This document shows positions 1-9,046 of a DNA stretch of 18,656 nt, piece after piece; position 1 is the stretch's first letter, and each line of letters starts with the position of its first letter. Both the position numbers and the translations under genes were made by a program. This stretch comes from an uncultured Myxococcales bacterium (GTDB lineage: Bacteria > Myxococcota > UBA4151). The notes beneath the pieces are model-generated. The model did not search any database and had not been told where the DNA came from. It saw nothing but the letters and a program-made list of their open reading frames with translations. The stretch lies in the NCBI GenBank assembly GCA_964013405.1, contig CAXGWI010000064.1:1-18656 (forward strand), read 5' to 3'.

Positions 1-139
1 CCGCTTTGCCGAGGGGGTCGAGGGGGCCATCGAAGATCTCGTTGCTGAGCTTGTGGACTTTGGCATTCCGGACGAGCCGTACAAGGCTACCGAGCATGGC
101 CATGACCGCCCGTCGTCGGGCTTCTTCGTTACGACTCAT
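1..139 (-). CDS. Partial CDS (5' end only, runs off the left edge); hypothetical, possibly the N-terminus of an HD/HD-GYP-type partner of the HEAT protein
   Basis: Not in the ORF track (no stop in window). ATG at 139 overlaps the upstream TGA (ATGA, 136-139). Frame open to the edge: MSRNEEARRRAVMAMLGSLVRLVRNAKVHKLSNEIFDGPLDPLGKA. Product guess is recalled resemblance only. Confidence 0.7.
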   Translation of the reverse strand, partial: MSRNEEARRRAVMAMLGSLVRLVRNAKVHKLSNEIFDGPLDPLGKA

Positions 140-1842
140 GACGTCAATGCCGTGAGTGCAGCGCGCAGAGCCATCTTGACCGGACCGGGCAAGCTTTTCT
201 CCTGCGCTGCCATGGCGAGGGTTCGTTTTGCGGTGCTGTCGCCGGCCGCGGCCAGCCCGTGGACAGCCAGGGCCTGTTCCTGGGCGGTATGCTTCCAGCT
301 ACCCAGCATGGTCTTCTCCGAAAGACGCTTCTTTAGGAATTCCAGCCCATGGATGGAGTGCATTGAGCCAAGGGCTCGGTACGCTTCAGTGATTTCGTCC
401 CGCGGTAGCGTTTTGAGGTCCAAACCCTCAAGCCAAGCGACCAGGGTCTGGGCCGCACCATTGTCCCGGGAGCGAGCCAGGCTCTTCACACAGGCCATGC
501 GCTCCACCGCGTCCCGTGACTGAAGCCCCCGGGCCGCGTCCTTAAGGTTCGTGATGGTAAAGACGGTCGCCAGCATTTGCGTGACACCGGTTCGGACGCC
601 TGGTTCTGGGTGGTTTAGGTTCCGTTCCAAGATCGCTCGGACGGTGTCACTGGGTCGGAAGTCTTCAAGCCCCGCGGCAAAGGCCGGGACGACCGTGGCG
701 ACGGAGGGAAGACTGAAAAGGGTTTCGACCGCCTCTGTGTTGGCGTTGAGCCGGTTGCCGAAGCCAGCGGCCATCGCGGCGATCGCTTTGGGGCCATCAG
801 CCCGCTCCATGGCCTCAAGGTAAGCGGGATAGGCTTCGATGCCGACCTTGGCGCACAGGGCTTTGAGGCCATCTGCTTCAGCTTCAAGGGGCCGTAACAA
901 CTGGATGTAGTCTTCGTCATTGAGTCCGGCCCGGAGCGCATTCAATACGTACACTCGACGGATGCGGTCTTGGCGGTTTTCCGATTCGCCTGGCTCCGCT
1001 TCCAAGGCTTCGAGGAGATCCGAGATGATTGAGACGAGTCCGCGAGAGAGCGCTTCGTGCATCAGGCAGATGAAGGCTCGCGTGAGCACCTCATTGTCGA
1101 GCCCGCGGCGGTCCTTCGCCAAGAGGTGAACGATGAGCTTGGCGAATCGGTCGAGGACGGTCTTCGGGTCCGCCGGATGATCGAGCAGTCCTTTATAAGA
1201 TGGGGTCGCCCGGCGCTTTTGGCCGATGGGCGCGAAGGGAGAACCTTCGTTGTCCGGAATCTCCGGCAGGGAGGTACTTAACTCGAACTCGCCAACCTGG
1301 GTCTTCTCGTCGGCCAGGAGTTGGGTCACATCCCGGGCAATCTGGCGAATCGACCCAAGGACGTCCTCACTGCGGTCTTCGGGGAGCAGTTTCAACTGCT
1401 CGGCCTGCTCATAGGTGATGCAAGGCAACCCAGCTTTCCAAAGCGAGGTGATCAGTTGCCCGGGGACCAACTCGACGGAGAGCGAGTTCAACTGGGGCAG
1501 GCTGAGCTCGATGAACTCGGTCAACTCGTCGAGTTGTACGCCCTCGTGGAAGATGACCTTGCGGATCCCTTCGTTGTAGTAGCGAAAGCACAAGCGGAAC
1601 TCCCCCGTGTCATCCTCAAAGACCCGTTGCTGGTGAAAGACGAGCGCGTCGGCTGAGACGTTGAGTTCGAAGGGGGCGTGGTGGGCAAGCAAACGCTGCA
1701 TTGCCCGGTAAAAAGGCGAAAGAAACTCGGGAAACCGCCTCGGATCGTGCCGGTACAAAGCGACCGATTTTAGGGAGCGGACCAACTCCTGGCAGAGGGC
1801 GACAACTTCCTGGTGGATATTTTCGTGGACCGAGTCGGACAC
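136..1842 (-). CDS. HEAT-repeat domain protein, 568 aa
   Basis: Long ORF, GTG start preceded by AGGGAAG. C-terminal HEAT-like helical repeats (NLNHPEPGVRTGVTQML, GLQSRDAVERMACVKSLA, AQEKSLPGPVKMALRAAL). N-terminal segment (LVRSLKSVALY...FRYYNEGIRKVIFHEGV...ELTEFI) resembles myxobacterial HEAT proteins. Confidence 0.75.
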   Translation of the reverse strand: MSDSVHENIHQEVVALCQELVRSLKSVALYRHDPRRFPEFLSPFYRAMQRLLAHHAPFELNVSADALVFHQQRVFEDDTGEFRLCFRYYNEGIRKVIFHEGVQLDELTEFIELSLPQLNSLSVELVPGQLITSLWKAGLPCITYEQAEQLKLLPEDRSEDVLGSIRQIARDVTQLLADEKTQVGEFELSTSLPEIPDNEGSPFAPIGQKRRATPSYKGLLDHPADPKTVLDRFAKLIVHLLAKDRRGLDNEVLTRAFICLMHEALSRGLVSIISDLLEALEAEPGESENRQDRIRRVYVLNALRAGLNDEDYIQLLRPLEAEADGLKALCAKVGIEAYPAYLEAMERADGPKAIAAMAAGFGNRLNANTEAVETLFSLPSVATVVPAFAAGLEDFRPSDTVRAILERNLNHPEPGVRTGVTQMLATVFTITNLKDAARGLQSRDAVERMACVKSLARSRDNGAAQTLVAWLEGLDLKTLPRDEITEAYRALGSMHSIHGLEFLKKRLSEKTMLGSWKHTAQEQALAVHGLAAAGDSTAKRTLAMAAQEKSLPGPVKMALRAALTALTS

Positions 1843-1870
1843 AGGCTTCCCTACGGGCCCAGTGTGCCCG

Positions 1871-4540
1871 TTAGGGCCCTTGGGTCAAGATCTTGCCCAG
1901 CGCATGCTGGTGCTTCTTCCTCATCGCCATGCAACGGTCGATACGTTCGGTGGCAGCCTGAAGGTGGCGGTCGAGACCTTCCATGGCCTCTTTCCCACCC
2001 AGGTAGGGGCTGAACACCGCCGAGAGCTCTTGCTTTGCCAATTCTGTGCACTGTGCGGTCGGATAGTAGACCAGATATCGGCTGGAGTTTCGTGGCAGGA
2101 GTTCCCGCAGGGTACCGAGATTTTTCTTTAGCCAAGTCCATGCTTGATCCCGCACGCGATAATCGCCGGAAGGACCCCAAACCACCCGTCCGATCTCGTT
2201 GGATCGAAGCTTGTCGGAAAGGGCGAGATTCAAGCTCCTCAAACTGAGTTCAGGACGGCGGAATCCAGCGAGTCCCTGGAGCAGTGTGCTGCGGCGCCAT
2301 GGATCTTCCGCTTGCTCGAAGGCGGCGAGGAGTCGGTCGAAAAGGGCTGCATCGCCATCTTCTGTCAGCATGCTGAGGGCCGTTGGCGCCAGCTCTCGTT
2401 CCACGGGCCTCCCCTCGATGAGGTCGTTGGCGAGGTCGAAGGCTTCGGCCTTTAAGGCATCGTTGCCCGACCATCGGCTGGCCCAACTCAGGGTCGTACG
2501 GCGGATTTGCCAGTGGGCGGGATCATCGATGCCGTCATCCCGCCAGCCGTGTTCCAGCGCGTGGACCAAGCCAAGTCGTCCCAGCAAGGCCTGCCACCTC
2601 GGCCGCAGGTCGCCCTCGACGAGGCCCCCCATGTCGCCGATGAGACCGAGGGCCTGTTGTTGGACTCGGTCGCTCGTCCCCGAGACCCCTTGGGCAAGGG
2701 CAAGAACCTGCTCGGGGCTGAGATGGCCGGCGCTGTACGCCTTGCGCAAGTCATAGACGAGCGCCACGTGTTCCAACTCGGTCAGTGATGTCTGGGCCAT
2801 CAGGGCGCCAAGCCAGGGGGTCCCGAGACTGGGCACCATATAAGCAGCCCCCCCCGGGTTGGGGAGCAGCGGGCCTTCACAACCGGTGAATTCGAAGACT
2901 TCTTTCGGCTGATCCATGAGTCGACAATGATTCTGACCGGTGCCGAGATCCTTGAAGCAAAGGGGGATCTGCCAGGGGCGGTCCTGGGGCAGGGGCGGGC
3001 TGCCCAGGGGCTGCCAACGCACCTGGCGGGCCGTGACCGGGCCGCACCGGGCGCCGCCAGTCATGGCCACATTGGGGACCCCAGCTTGGAAGATGAAGGT
3101 CTCAAAGGCCGCTTTGAGCCCCTTCTTGCCCGAGGCTTTCTCGATCTCGATCAAGAGATCTTCGAAGGTTGCGTTGCCCCAGGCATTTTTCTTGAGATAG
3201 CTCCGCACGCCGGCCTGGAAGGCCGCTTCACCCACGTACTTTTCGAACATCGAAAGGACGGCGTGCCCCTTGGTATAAGTGATGCCATCAAAGGCATTGT
3301 GAATGTCGCCGCGGGTCTTGATCGGCTCACGGACACGCCTCGACGTGCTCGTCGAATCACTCTCTTTGACCCAGTTAAAACCGCCAAGTCGGTCGGTGAG
3401 GACCTGCCAGTCCGGTCGGTATTGATTGACGATTTTGTAAGCAAACCAGGTGGCAAAGGCCTCGTTGAGCCAGAGGTCATCCCACCAGGCCATCGTGACG
3501 AGGTCGCCAAACCAAATGTGGGCGAGCTCATGGGCGTGGACGTTGGCGTAGGCCTTGTACCGAGAGATGGGGTCCACCTTCTCGTCGAAGAGAAGGAGCT
3601 GCTCTCGGTACGTGATCAGTCCGGGATTCTCCATCGCCCCAGCGGCGAAGTCTGGAACGGCAACGATGTCCAACTTTGCGTAGGGGTAAGGCGATCCAAA
3701 GTAGGCTTCTTCTAGAGCGAGGATCTTTGCGGTTTCCCGTAAGGCTGTCTTGCCCCGCTTGGCTTTCCCCTTCGCGGCCAGGAGCCGAATTTGTAGGCTG
3801 CTCCCATCGGCCCGCTTCATATCCCACTCGGGACGGTGGAGGACATCGATTGGCCCCACTGCAAAGGCGAGCAGATAGGTAGGCAGCGGTTTGGTCTCGG
3901 CGAACTGGTGGAGGATCTTGCCTGCCCGGTCTGTCTTTTCTTCAAGTTTCGGCGTGTTGAAGAAGACTCGATCCTTCTTCGGTGCGATGACGCGCACGGT
4001 GAATGGGGTCTTGATGCCCGGTTCATCAAAGCAGGGAAAAGCCTCCCGCGCGCCGAGGGGTTCCAGCTGGGAGAAAAGGTACCAATCGTCACCTTCTTTG
4101 ACCCGGTACACACCGAAGAGCGGATTGGCGAACCGTCCACTGAACCGGAGTGAGAGACTCGCCTCGCCGGCCGGGGCGACCTGGGGAAGTCGGACGGCGA
4201 GCCAGTCTTTGCCGGCTCGCTCGGTTTTCAGGGAAAGCCACTTTTTGCCGGCCTGGTGGAAGCTCGCCATTTGGATGACATGATCAAGACTGTGGAGCCA
4301 GATCACCCGGGTGGGTTCAGTAAGACGTAGGCGTATCTTTACCTGCCCACCGTAGCCCTCCTGGCTTGGGTCCACGTCCAATAAGAGATCGTAAGACAGG
4401 GGCTGAACCCCCTTGATGATCCGATCATCGCTTGGGGGCTGCAGCGCGGGCACAGGCTTCTTTGTATCTGGCGCAGGCTGGGGTGGGGCGGAAACGCAAG
4501 CGGCCACGATGGCGAGGATAAGAGCGCGTAGAAGGTGCAT
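1871..4540 (-). CDS. pepN: M1-family zinc aminopeptidase (aminopeptidase N-like), predicted lipoprotein, 889 aa
   Basis: GAMEN motif, HELAH-x18-E zinc motif (HELAHIWFGDLVTMAWWDDLWLNE), catalytic Tyr in FDGITYTKG. Start reassigned from 4891 to ATG 4540: AGGAG just upstream, then lipoprotein signal MHLLRALILAIVAAC; the longer start overlaps the opposite-strand ABC gene. Confidence 0.95.
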   Translation of the reverse strand: MHLLRALILAIVAACVSAPPQPAPDTKKPVPALQPPSDDRIIKGVQPLSYDLLLDVDPSQEGYGGQVKIRLRLTEPTRVIWLHSLDHVIQMASFHQAGKKWLSLKTERAGKDWLAVRLPQVAPAGEASLSLRFSGRFANPLFGVYRVKEGDDWYLFSQLEPLGAREAFPCFDEPGIKTPFTVRVIAPKKDRVFFNTPKLEEKTDRAGKILHQFAETKPLPTYLLAFAVGPIDVLHRPEWDMKRADGSSLQIRLLAAKGKAKRGKTALRETAKILALEEAYFGSPYPYAKLDIVAVPDFAAGAMENPGLITYREQLLLFDEKVDPISRYKAYANVHAHELAHIWFGDLVTMAWWDDLWLNEAFATWFAYKIVNQYRPDWQVLTDRLGGFNWVKESDSTSTSRRVREPIKTRGDIHNAFDGITYTKGHAVLSMFEKYVGEAAFQAGVRSYLKKNAWGNATFEDLLIEIEKASGKKGLKAAFETFIFQAGVPNVAMTGGARCGPVTARQVRWQPLGSPPLPQDRPWQIPLCFKDLGTGQNHCRLMDQPKEVFEFTGCEGPLLPNPGGAAYMVPSLGTPWLGALMAQTSLTELEHVALVYDLRKAYSAGHLSPEQVLALAQGVSGTSDRVQQQALGLIGDMGGLVEGDLRPRWQALLGRLGLVHALEHGWRDDGIDDPAHWQIRRTTLSWASRWSGNDALKAEAFDLANDLIEGRPVERELAPTALSMLTEDGDAALFDRLLAAFEQAEDPWRRSTLLQGLAGFRRPELSLRSLNLALSDKLRSNEIGRVVWGPSGDYRVRDQAWTWLKKNLGTLRELLPRNSSRYLVYYPTAQCTELAKQELSAVFSPYLGGKEAMEGLDRHLQAATERIDRCMAMRKKHQHALGKILTQGP

Positions 4541-4636
4541 CCTGACTCCTGACGTGCAGGCGACTAGCACTCCGGGCCATGGGATGTCACTCGGGGGTTT
4601 ACACCGGTGTCTTCCAGTTCCTATGCCCCGCTGAGC
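4541..4636. promoter_or_regulatory. Divergent promoter region between pepN and the ABC-2 exporter
   Basis: 96-bp gap between divergent starts. Weak sigma70-like matches: plus strand TTTACA(4598)-N18-TATGCC(4622); minus strand GTGACA-N18-TAGTCG with a TGn extension. Exact sites uncertain. Confidence 0.35.
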
Positions 4637-5539
4637 ATGGACGATCTGGTCATCACCGCAGCGGGTTTGAAGCGCCGATTTGGCGCCTTGGTCGCGGTCG
4701 ATGGAGTGGACCTTGCCGTCGAGCGGGGGGAATGTTTCGGCTTGCTGGGCCCCAATGGTGCGGGAAAGACCTCGATCACTCGGATGGTCCAGGCTGTGTT
4801 GCCGCGAACGGAGGGGGCACTGACTGTGCTCGGCCTCGACCCAGGTCGCCAAGGCGCGGAGATCCGCGCCCGCATCGGCGTGGTGCCCCAAGGGGACAAT
4901 CTAGACCCGGACTTGAGCGCGCAGATGAATCTCCAGATTTATGCCCGCTTCTTTGGCGCCGGCGCACGGGAGGCTGAAATCCGGGCCCGAGAATTGCTGG
5001 AATTCGCTCGATTGTCTGATCGCAGTGAAGACCGGCCAGCCCAACTGAGCGGGGGGATGCGGCGACGGCTCATCCTGGCCCGCGCCATGGTGAATCGGCC
5101 CGAGTTGCTCTTACTCGACGAGCCCACGACGGCCTTGGACCCCCAGGCCCGCCACCAGGTGTGGACCTGGCTCAAGGGGCTTAAGGAAGACGGGCTGAGC
5201 CTGCTGCTGACCACCCACGATATGGATGAGGCGGAGCGTCTCTGCGACCGCTTACTCGTCCTCGATCAAGGACGTGTGATCGCCGAAGGTCGGCCACCCG
5301 ACCTGATTCGTCGCTACGCCAAAGAACAAGTCATCGAAGTGGATGCTGGAACCCATTGGGAAGTGCCCGAAGCGGTGCAGTGCGAAACCCACGGGGGAAC
5401 CACCTATGTCTACTTCGAGCGCGCCCAACTCGGCCTGTTGACGGGGGCCCTCACGGCCGTCGGACTGCCGTATCGAGTGCGAAGTGCCAATCTGGAGGAT
5501 GTGTTCCTGCGATTGACGGGTCGGGATCTACGCACATGA
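4637..5539 (+). CDS. ABC-2 type exporter ATP-binding subunit (NodI/DrrA-like), about 300 aa
   Basis: Walker A GPNGAGKT, Q-loop VVPQ, signature LSGGM, Walker B LLLLDEPT, H-loop TTH, C-terminal NLEDVFLRLTG typical of DrrA/NodI. ATG 4637 preferred over GTG 4607; start not certain. Confidence 0.92.
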   Translation: MDDLVITAAGLKRRFGALVAVDGVDLAVERGECFGLLGPNGAGKTSITRMVQAVLPRTEGALTVLGLDPGRQGAEIRARIGVVPQGDNLDPDLSAQMNLQIYARFFGAGAREAEIRARELLEFARLSDRSEDRPAQLSGGMRRRLILARAMVNRPELLLLDEPTTALDPQARHQVWTWLKGLKEDGLSLLLTTHDMDEAERLCDRLLVLDQGRVIAEGRPPDLIRRYAKEQVIEVDAGTHWEVPEAVQCETHGGTTYVYFERAQLGLLTGALTAVGLPYRVRSANLEDVFLRLTGRDLRT

Positions 5540-6309
5540 AGCGTTTGGCTAGGTCGTGGCGGGTCTGTCTTCGTCACCTCTACATGTGGCGGCAACACGC
5601 GGGAGCAAGTCTCGCCGGCAATGTTGCAGAGCCTCTGCTCTACCTCCTGATCCTCGGCTTTGGGATGGGCGAAATGATGGATCGGAGTGCCCTTCCTGAG
5701 GGCATGAACTACCGCCTCTTTTACGGCTCAGGACTGATCGCCTCGGTGGCCATGATGAGTGCGAGCTTCGAGAATCTGTTCGGCGCCTTTACCCGCATGA
5801 TGGGCCAGCGGACTTATGAAGCGATGATCGCCACACCCATCAGCTTGTCCGAGGTACTCGTCGGTGACGCGATGTATGCTGCGATCAAGGCGAGCCTCGC
5901 GTCTTTGGCCGTTCCTGTGGTGCTGGTCGTGGTGGGGGAGCCCGTCAGCCCCATGATTCTTCTGGGCCTGCCAGCCACCGTGATTCTCGCCTTCTTCTTC
6001 GGCAGTGCGGCCCTCGTGGTGATGGCTCACAGCCCCGACTACGGGTGGTTCAATTACTACATTACCTTGGTCTTGACCCCGATGTTTCTCTTTAGCGGGG
6101 TCTTCTTTCCCCTGGAGATTTTTGGCCCCTATGCGGAAGCGGCCCGCATCGTTCCTCTGAGTATCGGCGTGGAGATTCAGCGAAGTCTTGTCTTGGGTCA
6201 GGTGCCCCCGATGCAGTCGATCATCTTAACCCTTACGCTCCTGCCAGGATTGTCCTGGCTGTTTCTGCGTTTAGCTCGGCGTAAGTTGCAACAGCGACTC
6301 ATCGGTTAA
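5536..6309 (+). CDS. ABC-2 type exporter permease (NodJ-like), 257 aa
   Basis: ATG 5536 overlaps the ATPase stop (ATGA). About six hydrophobic segments; EPLLYLLILGFGMG, RTYEAMIATPIS and PMFLFSGVFFP match the NodJ/ABC-2 membrane family. Confidence 0.9.
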   Translation: MKRLARSWRVCLRHLYMWRQHAGASLAGNVAEPLLYLLILGFGMGEMMDRSALPEGMNYRLFYGSGLIASVAMMSASFENLFGAFTRMMGQRTYEAMIATPISLSEVLVGDAMYAAIKASLASLAVPVVLVVVGEPVSPMILLGLPATVILAFFFGSAALVVMAHSPDYGWFNYYITLVLTPMFLFSGVFFPLEIFGPYAEAARIVPLSIGVEIQRSLVLGQVPPMQSIILTLTLLPGLSWLFLRLARRKLQQRLIG

Positions 6310-6321
6310 CCGGCCACTTTC

Positions 6322-6350
6322 TTGCGCGTGCAGGGGCCCGGCCGGATACT
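6322..6350 (+). promoter_or_regulatory. Putative sigma70-type promoter for alr-mlaEFD
   Basis: TTGCGC(6322-6327)-N17-GATACT(6345-6350), 19 nt before TTG 6370, with GAGGT in between. Confidence 0.45.
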
Positions 6351-6369
6351 CGCTGGGAAGAGGTGTATT

Positions 6370-7524
6370 TTGATCGCTGGTCGTCCAACGTGGGCAGAAA
6401 TCGATCTGGACGCGATCGCCCATAATCTCAAGGTGGTCAGGGACCGCTGCAAGGCCGACGTGCAGGTGCTTGGCGTCGTCAAGGCCGACGCCTACGGGCA
6501 CGGTGCCGTCAGTATTGCCCATGCCTTGGCTCGGGCCGGTGTTGAGCGCCTGGGGGTGGCATCGATCGCTGAGGCTTTGGAGCTTCGCCAGGCCGGGATC
6601 ACCCTGCCCATCGTGGTGCTTGCCGGGAATTATCATCGAGCGGAGCGCCTGCTCCAGCAGAACCGGCTCCAGCCAGTGATCTTCCGCCATGAGGTCCTCG
6701 ATGCCCTCGAGGCTTCGATAGACCCGGGCGAGGACCCGTTGGCGGTGCACGTCAAGGTGGACACAGGGATGGGGCGCTTGGGTTGTGCACCTGAGGAACT
6801 GCCCGATCTCGTCGCTCGGATTCAACGGAGTCCGGCCTTCCAATTGGCCGGTGTGATGAGTCATTTCGCCCGAGCCGATGAGGTCGGCCAGCAAACGCGT
6901 CAGCAATTTGAAAGCTTCACCGAATGCCTGGGGCCCAGTGATTGGCAGGGGGCCGTTCGGCACTGTGCGAACTCGGCTGCCATCTTTGCTGATTCAGCCT
7001 ACCACTTGGACATGGTTCGGCCCGGGCTTTGCCTCTATGGCGTCGACCCCTATGACGAGGCCAGTTCGGGGCAGCTACAACCCGTGTTGTCATGGTGGAC
7101 CAGAATCAACACCATCCGAACCCTCCCGGAGGGGTCAGCCGTCGGTTATGGCGGGCGATGGGTGAGCCGCCGGCCTACCCGGCTTGGCATCTTACCTGTG
7201 GGTTATGCGGACGGCTATCCCTGGGCCGGTGAAGGTCGGGCAGAAGTCGTGATCCGCAACCGGCGGGTTCCTGTCGTTGGCGCCATTTCGATGGACATGA
7301 CGGCCGTCGATTTGACCGATCTCGATGGGGTGGAGGAATTGGACCCCGTCGCGTTGTTGGGTGGTCCTAGCGACCGGGCGGTGCGGGCCGACGAACTGTG
7401 TCGCTGGAGCGGTCGGCTTGTCTATGAACTGCTGTGCAGCATCGGACCCCGGGTGACTCGAGTCTACAAAGCTGGCGGCTTGGCCCAGGTCGGCGCACCT
7501 GATTTGAGGGTGGTTCTGCCATGA
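6370..7524 (+). CDS. alr: Alanine racemase, about 384 aa
   Basis: RPTWAEIDLDAIAHN N-terminus, PLP-lysine motif VVKADAYGHG, HVKVDTGMGRLG, MSHFA, ANSAA, VRPG, catalytic Tyr in VGYGG, GYADG, SMD. Start placed at TTG 6370 behind GAGGT. Confidence 0.97.
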   Translation: MIAGRPTWAEIDLDAIAHNLKVVRDRCKADVQVLGVVKADAYGHGAVSIAHALARAGVERLGVASIAEALELRQAGITLPIVVLAGNYHRAERLLQQNRLQPVIFRHEVLDALEASIDPGEDPLAVHVKVDTGMGRLGCAPEELPDLVARIQRSPAFQLAGVMSHFARADEVGQQTRQQFESFTECLGPSDWQGAVRHCANSAAIFADSAYHLDMVRPGLCLYGVDPYDEASSGQLQPVLSWWTRINTIRTLPEGSAVGYGGRWVSRRPTRLGILPVGYADGYPWAGEGRAEVVIRNRRVPVVGAISMDMTAVDLTDLDGVEELDPVALLGGPSDRAVRADELCRWSGRLVYELLCSIGPRVTRVYKAGGLAQVGAPDLRVVLP

Positions 7525-8312
7525 AGGGTTCGGTCGAAAACCTGGGCAGCGCCGTCGTTGAGGGCATCGACCGTTTGGGGGGGATGCTTCGCCTCTGCGG
7601 TGCGACCCTGCGTCGCATGCCATCGCCACCTTATCGGGTCCGACTGATCCTCAATCAACTGGACCAGATCGGTTTCGGCAGCATTTTCATCGTTTCGCTC
7701 ACCGGCTTCTTCACCGGAATGGTCTTCGCTCTCAATTCTTTGAATGCGCTGACGGAACTGCAGGCCGAAGGGATGGTCGCACCTTCGATGACCCTCGCTT
7801 TGACCCGGGAGCTCGGTCCTATTTTGACCGGGCTGCTGGTGGCTGGTCGAACCGGATCGGCCATCGCAACCGAGTTGGGTACGATGCGGGTCACCGAACA
7901 AATCGACGCCATGGAAATGATGGGTGTCGACCCAGTGAAATACCTCGTGGTCCCCCGGGCGATCGCCCTGGTGATCTGTATGCCTTTGCTCAACGCGATC
8001 TTCATCTTCACTGGCATCTATGGCTCCATCATCGCCGCTGAGCCCTTCGGCATCAACGCTGCCTTGTTCATCCAAGAGGCCCTCCGCATGGTGGATGCAA
8101 ACGATGTGCTCATCGGCGTGATCAAGATGGTGGCCTTCGGACTGATGATTTCTGCCGTCGCCGCCTACGAGGGGATGAGGGCCCGCGGGGGGGCGAAAGG
8201 TGTGGGGCTGAGCGCCACACGATCCGTTGTGATCACCTCGTTAATGGTCCTCGCTTTGGACTGGATTCTGATGCTGATGCTCGCCCCGGTGATGTTAGGA
8301 TTCGACCTATGA
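7521..8312 (+). CDS. mlaE: MlaE-family ABC permease (MCE lipid transport)
   Basis: RELGPILTGLLVAGRTGSAIATELGTMRVTEQIDAMEMMGVDPVKYLVVPR and GGAKGVGLSATRSVV motifs; ATGA overlap with alr. Confidence 0.95.
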   Translation: MKGSVENLGSAVVEGIDRLGGMLRLCGATLRRMPSPPYRVRLILNQLDQIGFGSIFIVSLTGFFTGMVFALNSLNALTELQAEGMVAPSMTLALTRELGPILTGLLVAGRTGSAIATELGTMRVTEQIDAMEMMGVDPVKYLVVPRAIALVICMPLLNAIFIFTGIYGSIIAAEPFGINAALFIQEALRMVDANDVLIGVIKMVAFGLMISAVAAYEGMRARGGAKGVGLSATRSVVITSLMVLALDWILMLMLAPVMLGFDL

Positions 8313-9046
8313 TTCACGTGCAAGGGCTAGAGAAGTCTTTTGGGGACCGACCCATTCTGCTGGGGGTGGATTTGCTTTGCCGCACGGGGGAGACCACCGT
8401 GATCCTCGGTGGCAGCGGGGCCGGTAAGTCCGTGTTGATGAAGCACATGGTCGGCCTCCTGACCGGGGACAAGGGCTCCGTCGAGGTGGATGGACAGCAG
8501 GTCGGTGAATTGGATGCTGCAGGTCTGCGGGCGCTTCGAGATCGCGTCGGGATGGTCTTTCAGCAATCCGCGCTCTTCGATTCGATGACTGTGTTCGAAA
8601 ACGTGGCTTTCCCCGTCACCCAAGCGGCCCGGGAAAAGTTAAGCCCGAGCGAACTTGCCGAGCGCGTTCATGAATCTCTGGCCCTCTTTGATCTCCATGA
8701 TGTCGATGACCTGACTCCGGCTGAATTGTCCGGCGGTATGCGCAAGCGCGTTGCCCTCGCGCGGGCAATAATTCGCCGGCCGGGTATCGTCCTCTATGAT
8801 GAGCCCACCACTGGGCTCGATCCCGTGACGACAAGGCAGGTGGACAGCATGATCCAAACGGCACGACAGAAGTTGGGTGTGACCAGCGTGGTGATCAGTC
8901 ACGACATCGGCTCAGCCTTCCGCGTGGCGGACCAGATTGCCTTTCTGCACGAGGGCCGGATTCTCGCCCACGGCCGTCCGGAGGAGATGCGGCGATCGGA
9001 GCAGCCTGAACTGAAGGAATTCCTCAGTAGCTGGGAGCCAGCATGA
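8309..9046 (+). CDS. mlaF: MlaF/Mkl-family ABC ATPase
   Basis: GGSGAGKS, GMVFQQSALFDSMTVFENVAFP, ELSGGMRKRVALARA, LYDEPTTGLDP, ISHD; ATGA overlap with mlaE. Confidence 0.95.
   Translation: MIHVQGLEKSFGDRPILLGVDLLCRTGETTVILGGSGAGKSVLMKHMVGLLTGDKGSVEVDGQQVGELDAAGLRALRDRVGMVFQQSALFDSMTVFENVAFPVTQAAREKLSPSELAERVHESLALFDLHDVDDLTPAELSGGMRKRVALARAIIRRPGIVLYDEPTTGLDPVTTRQVDSMIQTARQKLGVTSVVISHDIGSAFRVADQIAFLHEGRILAHGRPEEMRRSEQPELKEFLSSWEPA

Noticed and set aside
2848..2855. C8 homopolymer in pepN (and G7 runs in mlaE and the 4-TM gene) as phase-variation tracts
   Set aside because: Frames are intact, the runs fall in Gly/Pro-type codons, and such lengths are unremarkable at this GC content.
2927..3715. 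262-aa plus-strand ORF, and similar antisense ORFs (6271-6963, 7464-8075, 15032-15574, 16693-17265)
   Set aside because: Shadows of well-supported genes, expected at high GC; no motifs.
4541..4891. N-terminal extension of the 1006-aa aminopeptidase ORF
   Set aside because: Antisense to the ABC ATPase; RBS and signal peptide are at 4540.
5356..5535. Longer start for the permease
   Set aside because: Overlaps the ATPase by 180 nt; ATGA coupling at 5536 is more plausible.
4637..6309. Nodulation (Nod factor) system
   Set aside because: No nodABC or nod box in the window; only family-level similarity.
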